Assembly: GCF_032062105.1 (NCBI RefSeq)
Contig: NW_026920047.1
Coordinates: forward strand, 62,001-126,000
Length of the DNA stretch: 64,000 bases
DNA from: Saccostrea cucullata
Taxonomy: Eukaryota
Reading direction: 5' to 3'
Shown: in pieces, positions 62,401-64,000 of the stretch
Layout: every line of letters begins with the position of its first letter
How positions within the stretch are numbered: the stretch's first letter is position 1
Made by a program: the position numbers and the translations under genes
The notes under the pieces: model-generated
What the model was told of the DNA's origin: nothing
Database searches by the model: none
What the model saw: only the letters and a program-made list of their open reading frames with translations

Positions 62401-63180
62401 AACATCCTCTCTGTTTAATACATTCAGTAAAATATGACAAATATTGCATGTAGATCCGGTGCCGTGGAGGAGTAAGCATTTTCAGGCCGACCGGACAAAA
62501 CCTCGACAATAGCTTGCCTTGTTTTTAAAATTGTAAATGTGAAAGATTTCTGATATAGTGTACATTCAAGATGGTTAAAATCCTAAACTACGAAATAAAA
62601 TGAGGAAGCAATGGGGGTTATATTCTTACTTTAAAACAAACAACACGAAATCATTTTATGTGTAAACGGATGTTTAATCTTTGCAAATAATATGGCCTCA
62701 TATATTTATAAAGTGACGAAGTTTTACAAGATGCATGTATGTAGCAAAAAAAATCAATGTTTTAAAAACATACATATTCTGACGATGAACAGCAGAACAA
62801 ACCTTACACAGAGAATGTATATAAATTTTAATCATAGACATGGAGACTGCTTCACAGTAAACAACTGGACAAAAGATATCAATACACTTAAAAAAACAAA
62901 AAAATCTTGCAAATTAGTTTTCCATTTATTTGAAGGTAAATTTTAGACCAGTGCATATCTTAAAAACTTGTGTTGGATCTAAAATGTTTCGATTAATTCG
63001 ATTTAATAATTTATGACATGAATGTTTTAGAGTGTATTCAGATTGATTCAGCAAAGTAAATCCTATTCCCCTTCAGCAAAACAATATGATTTTTCTTTCA
63101 TTTTCATAGTCTCTCACATTCATTTGACAAAAGTACATATTTTCATGAACTACATGTGCTTAATTTCTTTATTTATGGTT

Positions 63181-63400
63181 TCACATTAGAAATTTGATTT
63201 TCTTCACTTATTTGCTTCTATATTCAGCAATAAACAGATTGTCATTTGTATCTGTACATAGTCTTTATGGTTCTGAACTGTCCATCCTGGTCTATGATGT
63301 TGACACACTCATTGTTTAAATCAGCAGTAAGGATGTGACTCTGACTGTCTGTGGTGATTCCTATTGAAGACTGAATGGTTTGTTTTTAGAGCAGGAATAC
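63181..63400 (-). pseudogene. 3' fragment of TRIM-like gene copy F
   Basis: [28 protein letters not shown] and [14 protein letters not shown] blocks with internal deletions; cut off by a Penelope-like fragment at about 63400. Confidence 0.85.
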
Positions 63401-64000
63401 AGATGCTTCTTTGTTCTTCTAGGTACACCTGATCCCACCTAGGAAATTTCCTGGGGTCCATAATTTTGCCCTGTCTTCACATTTGTATAGTATATAGATT
63501 TTGTTAGATCGATCAATGTTCGTTATTATCATGATGGAGAGAATTTGAACTTCCTTTAATACCATTTTTCCAAACACTACCACTTACTCCTTTTTGACCT
63601 AAACTGTGTTCTGATTATTTACGTCAAATAAGGAGCCAGATGCGACCGCTACCATAGATTGTCTTTTGTTAATATCTCAACATATGTGTTTTTCTGAAGA
63701 ATGTCTGATTATTTTATTTATAAATGAGAGAGACAGAAAAGATGGGAGATACCTAGTGCCTAAATAGTTACCCATTTTATAATAAAGTTGACGGACGTGT
63801 GTTACATTCAGAATATGAGAAGAAATACCATATCGAAGAAAAGATGTTGCAAAAACTTGACCCCTTTGTAGAAACTGGATTACGGTGTCACAGCTTGTGA
63901 CTGCAACTGTGCATAAATAGATATGCATGATGTTGTTTCATAATAACATATCACAAACATCTGCTGTGCAATAATATGTTTGGTCTGAATCAGTGAAATT

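Overview
AT-rich eukaryotic genomic DNA, most consistent with a bivalve (oyster-like) genome judging by gene family and repeat types; the species is not determinable from this sequence. The backbone is a minus-strand tandem array of six RING-less TRIM-like genes (B-box1, B-box2, coiled coil, NHL-type beta-propeller; coding sequence in one exon). Copies B, C and E are intact, copy A is broken by two DNA-transposon insertions plus a frameshift, copy D is a frameshifted pseudogene and copy F is a 3' fragment. The propellers show conserved frameworks with hypervariable loop positions. Between the copies lie: (i) a pseudogenised duplicate of the last three exons of BBS1 (+ strand; missed by the ORF track); (ii) an apparently intact Ngaro/DIRS-type tyrosine-recombinase retrotransposon (gag, RT/RNase H, YR, SGNH hydrolase, split direct repeats) inserted at a TTATC core inside a Penelope-like fragment, with empty-site paralogues in the window; (iii) a near full-length RTEX/CR1-like LINE with an SGNH-esterase ORF1 and a duplicated, apparently structured 3' UTR motif; (iv) many MITEs, Helentron-type elements, tRNA-derived SINEs, Penelope fragments, a decayed mariner, a 55-bp minisatellite and a foldback element. 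No rRNA, true tRNA or CRISPR array was found.
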